From NCBI RefSeq assembly GCF_006345805.1, contig NW_021834585.1, forward strand, positions 1 to 46,866: DNA of 46,866 nt, read 5' to 3'. Position 1 is the stretch's first letter; each line of letters opens with the position of its first letter. Positions 10,991-23,659 of the stretch are shown piece by piece. Position numbers and translations under genes: made by a program. The notes beneath the pieces were generated by a model. That model saw only the letters and a program-made list of their open reading frames with translations. It made no database searches and had not been told where the DNA came from. This DNA is from Octopus sinensis (taxonomy: Eukaryota).

Positions 10991-11520
10991 CAAACAAAAA
11001 TTGATAGACACAGCATCGCCGAGTGGTTAAAAAGATCTCCGGTTCGAGATTCGATCCTGTTGCCCGGCAGCTTAGGTACATGTTATTTTCTGTTATATAA
11101 ACCGACGGATATCCTCCACAGACACCACCACCACTACCACCACTACTACCACCCCCACAGCCACATTTTCTCAGGTAAATTCATTTATGTTTTTAGTAAC
11201 TCTTTAGTTGATGTTCAAATTCGTTTCAACATAATTTAGTTAATTTAAGTAAATCTAACGTTCGTCTTTGTTGCAAATTACAATTTCTGAGACGAACTAA
11301 AATTCTTCCAAGCATTTGGTAAACAAATTTTCTTTCTCAACCATTTCCAGTTATCATCATACGTAAAAGAAAATAGTTTATTTATATTCGGCTCCGTTGT
11401 GGTTCACTACAATAGAATTTACTATTATAAACATAACATTCTTAAAATAAAACTCTATATTCTTTTTGTGAAAATAATTTCCCAGAAGAATTATTTTCTT
11501 CTCAGAATATCAAGTCTGTG

Positions 11521-11722
11521 AAGGCGGCGAGCTGGCAACAAATGTTAGGACGTTGGGCGAAATGCTTAGCGGTATTTCATCTGTTTACATTCTGAGTTAA
11601 TTTCAGCCGAGGTCGGCTTTGCCTTCAGGGTCGATAAATTAAGTACCAGTTGCATACTGGGGTCGATCTAATCGACTGGACCACTCTCTCAAAATTTCGG
11701 GCCTTGTGCCTAGAGTAGAAAC
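11521..11722 (+). mobile_element. SINE-A, subtype b (tail ATCTAATCGACTGG...GGGCCTTGTGCCTAG)
   Basis: Head AAGGCGGCGAGCTGG; flanked by an imperfect 16-bp direct repeat (11505-11520 and 11723-11738). Confidence 0.85.
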
Positions 11723-11738
11723 GAATATCTGGTCTGCG

Positions 11739-12340
11739 AAGGCGGCGAGCTGGCAGAAACGTTAGCACGCCGGGGGTAATGCTTTGCGGTATTTCGTCTG
11801 CCGTTACGGTCTGAGTTCAAATTCCGCCGAGGTCGACTTTGCCTTTCATCTTTTCGGGGTCGATAAATTAAGCACCAGTTACGCACTGGAGTCGATATAA
11901 TCGACTTAATCCGTTTGTCTGTCCTTGTTTATCCCCTCTGTGTTTAGCCCCTTGTGGGTAGTAAAGGAATAGGTATTTCGTCTGCCGCTACGTTCTGAGT
12001 TCAAATTCCGCCGAGGTCGACTTTGCCTTTCATCCTTTCGGGGTCGATTAAATAAGTACAAGTTACGCACTGGGGTCGATATAATCGACTTAATCCGTTT
12101 GTCTGTCCTTGTTTATCCCCTCTGTGTTTAGCCCCTTGTGGGTAGTAAAGGAATAGGTATTTCGTCTGCCTTTACGTTCTGAGTTCAAATTCCGCCGAGG
12201 TCGACTTTGCCTTTCATCCTGTCGGGGTCGATTAGATAAGTACAAGTTACGCACTAGGGTCGATATAATCGACTTAATCCGTTTGTCTGTCCTAGTTTCT
12301 CCTCTCTGTGTTTAACCCCTTGTGGGTAGTAAAGAAATAG
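11739..12340 (+). mobile_element. SINE-A trimer: one head plus three 184-bp units
   Basis: Unit starts GTATTTCGTCTGCC at 11789, 11973 and 12157. Confidence 0.95.
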
Positions 12341-12439
12341 TCACCATTATTTATTTTTAATTTCTCGCATGCGTACTGTTTGTTTTTGATCTCGTCGACT
12401 GCACAGTATAGTAGTATCAGTTGGACACCTTCTATGAGA

Positions 12440-13223
12440 AAATCAGCACCATGACGCGATTCACTCTGCCAGAAATTTGGAAACGACATGCTGTACTGCT
12501 TGGCGCTCACGCCGGAAGCTCCAATACGAACATTTCAGAGTGTTTAGGTGTAAATCTGAGGACAGCACAGTCTGAAGACATGTACCGAGAGGGATAAAAA
12601 TCAAACATCCAGTTAACATCATGGTGTTTGGAGTGATCACTAGTAATGGTGACGTTATGCCTCCATTCATTTTCCCACACGGCCTCAGGCTCAACATGGG
12701 GGTCTACATCAAGTACCTGGAGGTAGTGCTGCTCTGGGACAAGAGGGTGGAAGACCCTATGTCTGGCAACAGGACAGGAAGATCCTATGTCTGGCAACAG
12801 GACTCTGTACCATGCCACACAAACAGGAGAACCCAGTCATGGCTATCAGACAGTTTCTGCGACCACATCACCTCTAGCATCTGGCCAACTAACTCCCCAG
12901 ACTGCAACCCCTTTGATTATTATGTGTGGGACGCAGTTGAGCAAGAGACCAACAACATTTCTTGTAACATCAAAAATGAACTATGGCAAGGATTATGGCA
13001 GCATTCTCCAACTTAAACAAGGAGATCATGCAGAAGAGCTGCTGGAGATTCCGAAGTCGTCTGCAGGCCGTGGTTGAAGCCAACGGCGATTTTATTGAAT
13101 AAATTTACTCTTTAGTATTTCAAGATATTTCTACGTAATTATGGTAAACATATATGTTAAAATGAGATGTCAGTGTTATTTTCATTTTTGCGTAATTTAG
13201 ACGAGTTTATTCACCGCACCTTG
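12440..13223 (+). mobile_element. Internally deleted DD37D (maT-type) Tc1/mariner transposon remnant
   Basis: N-terminus MTRFTLPEIWKRHAVLL from 12451. ORF 12621-13016 has WQQDSVPCH...WPTNSPDCNPFDYYVW with 37 residues between the 2nd and 3rd D. Right TIR-like end ...TTATTCACCGCACCTTG followed by TA; left TIR not found. Confidence 0.85.
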
Positions 13224-13265
13224 TATGTTTATATACACACACAGGCACACACACACACACGCACG

Positions 13266-13354
<89 letters not shown>

Positions 13355-13384
13355 ATATATATATATGTGTGTGTGTGTGTATTC

Positions 13385-13508
13385 TGCTACCAAATTCCCT
13401 CACAAAGCAATAGTCGGGCCGAGTCTATAGTCGAAGACACTTGCCTAGGGTACAGCGCAGTGAGATTGAACCGCAAACCACCTGGTTGCAATGCAAGTTC
13501 CTTAACTA
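13385..13508 (-). mobile_element. SINE-C 5' fragment, degenerate
   Basis: CTACCAAATTCC...CTATAGTCGAAGACACTTGCC...GATTGAACC. Confidence 0.65.
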
Positions 13509-14329
13509 GGAATTCCTGTATATTTAGCAAGTAATTGAGTGTCCGTTAATTTAGAGCGCTGCTCAATTTCCGTTGACAACTTCAAGCGTAAACGATAGCG
13601 AATCGCGAATGGAGTTGCCTCCCGTAGTTCCCAATAGCAATCGAAAATGTTATTTATTAGAAGCCACCATCTATGTAATATCGTTTTTATTTAACCACAT
13701 ATTTTAGTCTACTTTAGAACGGCATTTTCTCTGCTGCTGCTGCTGCTGCTGCTGCTGCTTCTCCTCCTCCATACTCGATGCTCCTTGCTTCACAATTTTT
13801 CTATTGAACAATTGAAAATAAATATGTCGGAAATACAGCGAATTTCTTTAACCCTTTGACGTCACTACGTGAAACTATTTCCAGCAGCTTCGCCATATTG
13901 TACCGCAGCATTAGATGCGTTTACTACTTTCTTATATCACTGCAGCACACAAAATAGTTTAAGAAACGTGTCACTATTGATTAGATTACTTACACACATT
14001 GTGTATGCAGTCGAGCTGAAATACGAAAATTTCAGCTTATCCTATTACAGAAGAGCATTGATCAAATATACAAAATAATTGAGAGTTTATTAATAAAATC
14101 AACATGCTAAGCACATCCGAACCATTTTGAGGAGTGAAATTTCTTGACATCATGTAACTTATTAACTAATTATATTAATTAGTTAAATTGTTGATTAATT
14201 TTTTAAAAAAATATTCTGCTTTTCGACTTCGCTAAATTCAATTAAATCTATATAACTACTGTTAACTGTGTTTCTGGAGAGATGCCCATTAAATTCGTTG
14301 TTTCAAGTCTTAGTCTGATGCTAGCACTA

Positions 14330-14476
14330 TATATATGTGTGTGTGTGCGTGTGTGTGTGTGTGTGTGTGTGCGTGTGTATTCGTATATATGTATATATAT
14401 ATGTATGCATATATGTATATATATATGTGTATATATGAATATATATATATATATATAATATATATATATATACACA

Positions 14477-14569
<93 letters not shown>

Positions 14570-14705
14570 GTATGTATATATATATATATATATAATATAT
14601 ATATGTATATATATGTATATATATATATGTATGTATATATATGTATATATATATATGTATTATATATATATGTATATATATATGTATATATATATATATT
14701 ATATA

Positions 14706-14752
<47 letters not shown>

Positions 14753-14789
14753 GTATATATATATATATGTATACACACACACACACGCG

Positions 14790-14864
<75 letters not shown>

Positions 14865-14959
14865 ATATATATATATATATGTATATATATTGTTGATTAA
14901 CTTTTTTTTAAATATTCTTCTTTTAGACTTCGCTAAATTCCATTAAATCTATATAACTG

Positions 14960-14995
<36 letters not shown>
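14330..14995. repeat. Long compound (TG)n/(TA)n microsatellite
   Basis: Direct inspection; source of the YI/CV-repeat ORFs. Confidence 0.95.
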
Positions 14996-14997
<2 letters not shown>

Positions 14998-15651
14998 ATG
15001 GTATAAATTTCAATGAATCGATGTTAGAGGATATTCTAAGTTCTAATACACTCGTTTTAACTCTTCGACGCCTTCATAATGCAGCATCAGAGCTTTATTG
15101 ATTTTTCTTATTTACATAATACCACGCACTTTTCAAAATTGACTGCAGTCGATTAAACATACTCTTATTATTTAAAAGCAGGATTTAAAACCAGAAAGTG
15201 AAATACCTTAACAAAATATCATAAAAGAGTTTGTCCGACTAGTAAGTGTGTGGACCTGAGTCTATAGCCTTTTGTTGAAATCACTCAAATGATTGTTTTC
15301 CCGGAATACGCAATTCAAGCAACATTAAATGAAAATAGCCATCTATGTATCCTATTTAATGTATATACATTGTTGATAGGCCAGTTACGGCAGAATTTGT
15401 TTTGAGATAACCTCTCTTATGGACGAACTGCATCAAAAACATAATAAAAACCGGAGAGAAACAAAATTTCGTTTCCAGTGAGATCGCTTGATGTATAAGA
15501 AATGTTATTTCGGGACAAATACTATCAACATAGGACAGAAAGCGAAGTTGCTCTCGGCACAATTTGAACTCGCAGTACACAAATTCGGAATAAATGCTGC
15601 GAGACATTTTATCCAACGCTCTAATGACTCAGCCAATTTGTCAATCTCCCT

Positions 15652-16240
15652 AAGGCGGTGAGCTGGTAGAAACGTTAGCACGCCGGGCGAAATCCTTAGC
15701 GGTATTTCGTCTGCCGCTACGGTCTGAGTTCAAATTCCGCCGAGGTCGACTTTGCCTTTCATCCTTTCGGGGTCGATAAATTAAGTACCAGTTACGCACT
15801 GGGTTCGATATTATCGACTTAATCCATTTGTCTGTCCTTGTTCGTCCCCTCTGTGTTTAGCCCCCGTGAGTAGTAAAGAAATAGGTATTTCGTCTGCCGT
15901 TACGTTCTTAGTTCAAATTCCGCCGAGGTCGACTTTGCCTTTAATCCTTTCGGGGTCGATTAAATATGTACCAGTTACGCACTGGGGTCGATATAATCGA
16001 CTTAATCCGCTTGTCTGTCCTTGTTTGTCCTCTCTATGTTTAGCCCCTTGTGGGTAGTAAAGAAATAGAAATAGGTATTTCGTCTGTCTTTACGTTCTGA
16101 GTTCAAATTCCGCCGAAGTCAACTTTGCCTTTTCATCTTTTCGGGGTTGATAAATTAAGTACCAGTTGCGTACTGAGACCGATCTAATCGACGGGCTCCC
16201 TCCTCCAAAATTTCGGGCCTTGTGCCTTGAATAGAAAGGA
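15652..16240 (+). mobile_element. SINE-A trimer: head, two a-units, one terminal b-unit
   Basis: Unit starts at 15702, 15885 and 16075; flanked by AATTTGTCAATCT (15635-15647) and AATTTATCAATCT (16240-16252). Confidence 0.9.
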
Positions 16241-16394
16241 ATTTATCAATCTATCTTTGATACGTTACAAGAGATAATGTCGTGAGTGGCGGTCATAATG
16301 ATTGTTTAGAACAAGTTAATTGTGATCAACCCAGGTTCCATCTGAAATCAATCCGTCATTTTTGTAATTAAGGCCCAGGTATCATTTCTTTCCA

Positions 16395-16990
16395 AGTAGT
16401 ATTTGTACTTGAAATTGCTGTGGTATTCTCCTGGGGTTGATCGAGCCGCCTCCGAGCTACGAGTTCACCACATCCCTCACGGATGCTGACAACATCCGAC
16501 AGTCGTTTTGCAGTCGAGGCTGTAATGGACAACCTCTCCTGGTTCCATTGTCGAAGTCCATAGAGCGAGGAAGGAGGATTGTGCTTCTACGTCTACTTTT
16601 ACCGTCGCCAGCCACGTCTTCATTTGTGCTCCAGCTCGTTTGTGACAGCCTAGAGGAGGGGACCCGAATTGACTGACTTGCTAATGAATTCACCCAGAAG
16701 CTGACGGAAAGTATGGCCAAGCCATGTCAGACGTCTTATGAGTAGAGCTTATTGCAGATAGTTGATGCAGCAACATTGCGTTTCGGGGTTCGAAATGAAG
16801 TCCAATGGCCGAACATACAGAATCCGTCATAGGCAGTAGTAGTCTAAGACTTCGAGTTTTCGGAGATCTTCGGCTCTCACTGGTTAGGATTCGCACCCAT
16901 AGAGAAGGATGGTCCGGTTGAGCTCTTGGAAAATAACGATACAAGCGTCTGTAGACACTCAGCCAGCTGTGCTATGTACTTCATTGAAAA
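16395..16990 (-). mobile_element. Degenerate RTE-clade LINE 3' fragment
   Basis: Minus frames give TILLYGCES*PVRAEDLRKLEVLDYYCL*RIL, LTWLGH, KTWLATVKVDVE and LYGLRQWNQE, ending in a CAAGTA-like tail. Multiple stops and frameshifts. Confidence 0.8.
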
Positions 16991-17204
16991 GGTAGGCCAG
17001 TCGGAGGACCAGATGAAATAGTCATCGTAGATATTGACGGAAATTCATTTAGTAACAGCAATAAAGGTGTCTGTCCTAATTTAATGTTTGTAATTGTGGC
17101 AAAGATCGTCAACTGAAAATTCTGGAATTTAACACGTTTGTTAGAAAATACAGTAAACTATATTATAGTATATATAATTGGTAACTTTAAGCATCTGTCA
17201 CATG

Positions 17205-17740
17205 TATAGGGGTGGCTGCATTGGTGATTGTGGTGGTGATGGTGGTAGTGATGGTAGTGGTGGTGGTGGTGTTGATATTGGTGGTGGTGTTGATGTTGGT
17301 TGTGGTGTTGATGTTGGTTGTGGTTGTGGTGGTTGTGGTTGTGGTTTTGGAGGTTGTGGTGGGTGTGGTTGTGGTTGTGGTGGTTGTGGTAGTTGGGGTT
17401 TGTGGTGGTGGTAGTGGTGATGGTATAGTTGTGGTTGTGGTAGTGGTGATGGTATTGGTTGTACTAGTGGTAGTATGGTGGTTGCTGTAGTGGTGGTAGT
17501 ATTGGTTGTGGTGATAGTAGCGTCGGTGTTGGTGTTAGTACTAATGGCGGTGGATGTAGAATTAGGGTTAGGGTTGTTGCGGTGAAAGTAGTATCTAAGT
17601 GTAGGGGTGGTGATGTTGGTGGTGGTAGCGTTGGAGGTCTTGGATATAGTGTAGTAGAGGTTGTGCTGTATGTAAAGTAGGAGTTCTAGTAGTGGATACA
17701 TGTAAAGTAATAGTGCATGGATGTTAGTAGAGGATGTTGT
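17205..17740. repeat. Degenerate (GGT/GTT/GTA)n trinucleotide tract
   Basis: Direct inspection. Confidence 0.9.
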
Positions 17741-17899
17741 GTTGAAGTGGTCAAATTGCTGGAGTCAACTTAGCCTTTCATCCTTTCGGATCGATAAAAT
17801 AAAAGAGTCGATATCACGTGCAGGCGTCGATGGCATCGGCTAAAACCCTCCCTTCAAAATTGATGTATTTGCGCAGTTTATGTGGTGGTCAAAGCTGGA

Positions 17900-18095
17900 G
17901 GGACTAAGGACCGACACCTTCCTCATTGGTGAAAACCTCATAAAATTTTTTTTCAAGTTCTGCTTCGAAATGAAAGTGAGGATGCAGAGTGAAGTTCTCT
18001 CTCTCCTCCAGCGAATTCATCAAGAGATGGGTGACTCTGATTAAAGTAATCAATGTGAATGGAACTCTTCTAAGTGTGCACCTTGTAGATTAGAG
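17900..18095 (+). mobile_element. Possible L1/Tx1-type LINE extreme C-terminal remnant
   Basis: KLEGLRTDTFLIGENLIKFFFKF...EVLSL, then after a frameshift FIKRWVTLIKVINVNGTLLSVHL. Resemblance recalled, not aligned. Confidence 0.3.
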
Positions 18096-18144
18096 AATAA
18101 CAGTTGGATAAGGGCTTGTGCACTTGGTGATCAAGGTGAGATCA

Positions 18145-18362
18145 TCGTCATCACCCTCATCGTCAGCATCATCGTCGTCGTCGTCGTCGTCGTCGTTATC
18201 ATCATCATCATCATCATCCATCTTCTTTTTCTTCTTCTTCTACCTACTACTACTATTATCATCATAGTCATCTTCTTCATCATTACCATCATCATAGTCG
18301 TCGTCGTCGTCGTCATCATCATCATCATCATCATTATCGTCGTTGTCGTCGTTGTTGTTATT
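18145..18362. repeat. Compound (ATC/GTC/CTT)n microsatellite
   Basis: Direct inspection. Confidence 0.9.
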
Positions 18363-18364
18363 AT

Positions 18365-19125
18365 TTTATGTTTGACTTTTGCTTTACATTTGTACAAGTC
18401 TCCAAGTCTCACCCAGAGACCTCAAGAGACAACAAGTTGGAAGTTGATGTTGGTGTTATGCCTAGGGTGCCATATATTTGGTTTTATACATAGTGTTATT
18501 CTAGAGAATGTTTAAGAAACCACAAGAAAATTATGTTTGTTTTAAAACTTGAGATTACATAGAAAGTATTTTGCATAGGATATGAGCAGTTTCCATGAGG
18601 ACTATCTCTTGAATTTCTGCCATTTTGGGGTTTCCTGGTATCTGAGCTTGTTTGCAATCGGCCCCTTTTGCTATCATTCCCAGGGCACCTATGGCAACAG
18701 GTATTGTTTTAGTCTTCAGGTTCCACATTTTGCTAATTTCTATTTTAAGATCTTTATACTTGCTCAGTTTTTGGTAGGTCTTGACAGATACGTTTATATC
18801 GATTGGGACAGTCATATCAATGAGGAGGCATAATTTTTGTCTGAAGTCTTTCAGTATGATGTCTGGCCTATTTGCATCCATCTTTCTATCAGTTTGAATG
18901 GTGAAGTTCCAGAGGAGTGAGATGTGACCATTTTCAAGTACTGGAGGTGGTTTGTATTCGCACCAGTTTTTATCATGGAGCAAGTCCAGGTTTTCGCAAA
19001 TTACCCAGTGAATATATTGAGCAGCTCTATCATGCCTGTTGAGATACTCTGTAGGCGCAAGAAGACTGCACTTGGCGACAACATGATCAATGGTTTCATT
19101 TTGTTGTTGACATACGACATTTTGG
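18365..19125 (-). mobile_element. R4/Dong-clade LINE 3' fragment (zinc knuckle plus RLE endonuclease)
   Basis: ORF 18555-19169: CQQQNETIDHVVAKC, RHDRAAQYIHW, ANRPDIILKD...LIDM...KLSKYKDL. The 3' UTR runs into AAT/AAC repeats; 5' cut by a SINE. Confidence 0.9.
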
Positions 19126-19320
19126 GCTGGTAGAATCGTCAGTACGCCGGACGAAATACTTAGCGGCATTTCGCTCGTCGCTACGTTCTGAGTTCAAATT
19201 CAACTTGGCCTGTCATCCCTTTTGTGGATCGATAGATTAAGTACCAGTGATACAGCTGGGGTTGATGTAATCGAGACTCATCCCTCTCCCAAAATTGCAG
19301 CCCTTGTGGCAAAATTTGAA
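19126..19320 (+). mobile_element. Degenerate SINE-A-family copy
   Basis: GCTGGTAGAATCG...CTACGTTCTGAGTTCAAATT...GATTAAGTACCAG. Confidence 0.7.
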
Positions 19321-19322
19321 AC

Positions 19323-19400
<78 letters not shown>

Positions 19401-19404
<4 letters not shown>

Positions 19405-19653
19405 TAGTTTTATTTTTATAGCGTGCTTTCACTTCACTACCGAGCGCAGCTCTGTGTGCCTTGGGTATGTGCTGTGATTTGTTGTGATGCTCTGATGGTT
19501 ATTGTATGGAAAGTGTTCTGCGTAGGATGTGTGCAGTGCCTAGTAGTGCAATTTTCTGTATGTTATATGTGTTTGTAAGTCCTGGTGTTTTTGTTATGTA
19601 TTTGTCTGAATATTTTTTTATCATGCCTAATGCACCTACTATGATAGGAATTG
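19401..19653 (-). mobile_element. 253-bp 3' end of the same Dong-like family as 34071-38014, inserted in (TAA)n
   Basis: Only three substitutions seen against the reverse complement of ~37762-38014; (ATT)n on both sides (19323-19400 and 19655-19745). Confidence 0.95.
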
Positions 19654-19689
19654 GTTTTATTATTATAATTATTATTATTATTATTATTA

Positions 19690-19745
<56 letters not shown>

Positions 19746-20339
19746 GATGATGATGATGATGATGATGATGACGACGATTTGACCTCAGAGCAGCTGTTGA
19801 CCAAATAGGGAGTGGGTTCTGATTAAAGCCATTCCATACGAGAACAAAAAAAGGACTACATTCTCTGCTATAACCTTTCGTTTTATAAACACAGTTGGAC
19901 AGGGACTTCGTGAGGAATTTTGGCAAGGGCCCCTTTTCCCTCATAATTCTTCTCCATAATCATCATTGTCGCCGCCGCCACCATCATCGTCGCCACCGCC
20001 ACCATCATCGTGAGGTTTCTTTATTTTTACGAGTATGATTCTTGGCAGATGAACATGAGTTTTTCTTTCTTCGGAATTGCAGGCACTGGGAAAGAAAAAA
20101 AAATCTACGGAAGTACTGAGATCAGATGAGATTTGGGGGAGATTTGACAGCTATTTCTAGCAAGCCTCGGGACCAGACAATCGGTGTTCCTTTGATTGGA
20201 TTAACCGAGGCATCATGGGATTGTTTTAAATGATAGACCATAACGAATATTCTCGATTTTGGTGACAATGGTTGGCGGTAAATGAGGTTGACTCTTTTCG
20301 ACTTTTGTCCTTGGAGGAAGATAATTTTGTGATGACGTC

Positions 20340-20945
20340 AAATACAGGCGATGGCGGGAGTTGGAGGTGGTGATGGAGGGATTGTGACAATGGTGGAGGC
20401 GGTGACTGTAATGATGGAGGTGGTGGTTGTGCTGGTGTTGTTGTTGTTGTTGGTGGTGGTAATGGTGATGGGGTCGCGTGATGGTGGTGGTGTTGGCAAT
20501 GGAGTTGTTGGTGGTGTTGGTGTTGGGGTGGTTGTGGTGGCGGTGTGGTGGCGGTGGGGTGCCGGTTGTGATGGTGGTGGTGCGTGGTGGCGCAGATGTT
20601 GATGGTAGTGGTTGTGGTGTTGATGGTAGTGTTGGTGTAGGTGGTGATGAAGATGGTGGTGGTACTGACGGTAGTGGGGGTGGCGGTTAAGTGGTTGCGC
20701 TGGTGATTGTGGGGAAGGTGATAATGATGATGATGATGATGATAACTATGGTGGTGATGGTGGTGGTAGTGGTGGTGGTGGTGGTGGTAGTGGTGGTGGT
20801 GGTGGTAATGGTGGTGGTGGTGGTGGTGGTGGTGGTGATGGTAGTGATATTGTTGTTGGCGGTGGTAGTGATGGTGGATGGAAATGGTGGTGGTAACTGT
20901 AATAGTAGCGGTGTTAGTAGTTGTTGCTGTTGTGATGGTGGTGGT
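20340..20945. repeat. (GGT/GAT)n degenerate trinucleotide tract
   Basis: Direct inspection. Confidence 0.9.
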
Positions 20946-21127
20946 CGAAGGTGGAGTGTCGTACTTAATAAGCAACTCAGAGAGATTGTGTAAACAGTGT
21001 GTGTGTTTGCCAAAGAATGGGGGTATTTGTGTATGCGTGTGTGAGAGTGTGTTTGTTTATATATATGCTTCTATTTGTACATGGATGTGGGTGCATGTAC
21101 TCGTGTGTGCGTGCGCGTATTGCACAC

Positions 21128-21177
<50 letters not shown>

Positions 21178-21324
21178 TTGTGTGTGTGTGTGTATGTATG
21201 CATGTGTGTGTGCAGTGTATGTATATATATATATACATATATATGTGTGTGTGTATATATGTATATATATATATATGTACATATGTATATATACATATAT
21301 ATGTGTGTACGTGTATATATATAT

Positions 21325-21356
<32 letters not shown>

Positions 21357-21579
21357 TATATATAAAACATATGTATGTATTTGTGTGCATGCGTCTGAGT
21401 GTGTGTGTGCGTGTTGTGGGAAGAGGTAGTTATGGGAGGTGGGGCTGGATGGAGCGGCTGATTAAAGGGTATATTTTCAGGCTGGAAGAATATAATAGTT
21501 GCTTTGTAATTGCGTCCTCAACATGCTTCAAAGTCGGAAGTGGCGCAGTTAATTAGATGAAGTGTGAACTACACTTTAC

Positions 21580-21631
21580 CACCTCCGCCACCACCACCAC
21601 CACCACCACCACCACCACCACCACCACCACC

Positions 21632-21694
<63 letters not shown>

Positions 21695-22099
21695 AACAAC
21701 AACAACAATAACAACACCTTCATTATCACCGCTTTCTTGTCGTCATTATGATCGTCGTCATTGTCTTTTCTTCTTCTTCTTCTACTTCTTCTTCTTCTTT
21801 TTCTTCTCCTTCTTCTTCTTCTTCTTCTTCTTCTTCTTCTTTTTCTTCTTCTTCTTCTTCTTCTTCTTTTCTTCTTCTTCTCTTTCTTCGTCGCCGTCTT
21901 CGTTGTTGGTATTGTCATCATCGCCATCATCTCCCTCAACATTTTTATCGTTACTACTACTACTGCTACTACTACTACCACCACCACCACCACCACTACT
22001 ACTACTATTGCCGCCACCACCACCACCACTATTACTACTACTAGTGGTAGTAGTAGTGGTAGTAGTAATAGCAGCAGCAGCAGCAGCAGCAGCAGTAGC

Positions 22100-22158
<59 letters not shown>

Positions 22159-22170
22159 CAGCAGCAGCGG
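21580..22170. repeat. Compound (CAC)(AAC)(CTT)(TAC)(AGT)n microsatellite block
   Basis: Direct inspection; explains the poly-P/T/L/S ORFs. Confidence 0.95.
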
Positions 22171-22359
22171 CAAAAGACCTGTTAGAAATGCTCGGCTCGA
22201 GTTATCTTTAGTCAACTTATAATTAAGAATGTATAAAATAAAGCAAAGAAAAAAGACGGAAAAAAAACAATAACTGCAATAAAAACTAATTATTGGAAAA
22301 AATTTTCTGCTTTTAATCAGTTCAATTATCAATCGTTCACTAATTGTACTTGGCGTACA

Positions 22360-22570
22360 GGTATGGTAGTACATTTCTATGCACATGTATAGTAGCAGAT
22401 TTGTATCCAAGTATGGTAGCACATTGGTATGCACAAGTATGTATGGTAGTACATTTCTATGCACATGTATGGTAGCAGATTTGTATCGAAGTATGGTAGC
22501 ACATTGGTATACAGATGTATGGTAGCACATTAGCTGACACAAGTATGGTAGCACTTAGGTATCCAAGTAT
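22360..22570. repeat. Minisatellite built on GTATGGTAGCACAT-type subunits
   Basis: About nine GTAT(G/A)GTAG-anchored subunits with an ~80-bp higher-order repeat. Confidence 0.8.
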
Positions 22571-22732
22571 GAATGGCGGGTCAACAATGCGTGTTTCAAC
22601 TCCAAAGTCCTTTATCCTGTTAGACAGCAGAGACAAAAGGTTCTGAATAATGATGGTAATATCCTCAACTAATGTCTTACGTATCCCTGTAATCGTATCT
22701 AACTTGTAATAAGGTAAATATAAATATTTAAA

Positions 22733-23655
22733 AATGGAACAAAAATGCAATAGAGGACAATAAAACATTCGGACAGATAGACGATACAAAGACGAACAGG
22801 AGAAATAACAATTGGGACAGGCAAAAAAAAGACGGGCCATTCGTGGCCTTCTTTCCTCGGTCAAGTTAGCAGAAGTTCTTACTGTTTCGGGTAGTTACTA
22901 TATAAAAAATGGAACAAAACACAATAGAGGACAATAAAACATTCGGACAGATAGACGATACAAAGGCGGACAGGAGAAATAACAATTAGAAGGACAGGCA
23001 AAAAAAAAGACGGATCATTCGTGGCCTTCTTTCCTCGGTAAAGTTACCAGAAGTCCTTACTGTTTCGGGTAGTTACTATATAAAAAATGGAACAAAACAC
23101 AATAGAGGACAATAAAACATTCGGACAGATAGACGATACAAAGGCGGACAGGTGAATAACAATTAGAAGGACAGGCAAAAAAAAGACGGGTCATTCGTGG
23201 CCTTCTTTCCTCAGTCAAGTTACCAGAAGTCCTTAATGTTTCGGGTAATTACACTTAAGACAGTTCGATCTGGTTGCCCCCAAAAAGTCTAAGCTAAGAA
23301 CATTAGATTTTTTTTAAAGAAAGCTTGCGAATGTGTACGGCAACTAAGACAAAAAACGGAGAACACGGAACACAATTACAAATACAAACAATAAAATAAG
23401 AACAGGTGTCTTTCGACTGAGAACGAATCAAATTAGGCTGGCGTGTATATAATGAGAAAGCCTAAAGGCAGGAACATAGGAGGTGAGCATAAAAGGTGTT
23501 GGCGGTCGGCAGTCAGGTCAAGAAAGAAAGATCATAGCTGGCCGGACACCGGTCACGTGGAACGAGGAGTAGAGGAGTAGAGGACAGCGGGATTGAAGGA
23601 TTAGACAAAAATAAATCAGAGACAAAGGGAAAGATACAGGGGATATAAACGACAT
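22733..23655. repeat. Family X copy 2 with three tandem ~175-bp terminal units
   Basis: AAAAATGGAACAAAA...GTTTCGGGTAGTTAC occurs three times (about 22733, 22903 and 23083), then the body homologous to 545-940. Confidence 0.85.
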
Positions 23656-23659
23656 CTTA

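Noticed and set aside
11789-12340. CRISPR-like or satellite array
   Set aside because: Units are contiguous SINE bodies with no spacers; eukaryotic context.
13700-13870. MEEEKQQQQQQQQQRKCRSKVD* on the minus strand near a TGACGTCA site
   Set aside because: A CAG microsatellite within a 22-codon ORF with no donor; a single CRE octamer is not evidence of a promoter.
15181-15246. Segment ending in a GTAAGT donor
   Set aside because: Stops in all three frames from either acceptor.
17562-17573. TTAGGG telomeric repeat
   Set aside because: Only two units inside a degenerate trinucleotide tract.
17915-18045. 119-nt open minus-strand exon candidate (VTHLLMNSLEERENF...)
   Set aside because: The donor GTGTCG is poor and the plus strand looks like a LINE C-terminal remnant.
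23185-23260. CUGAGGA and CCCGAAAC in family X as a hammerhead
   Set aside because: No stem II or stem I can be formed around the core, and the two halves are in the wrong order.
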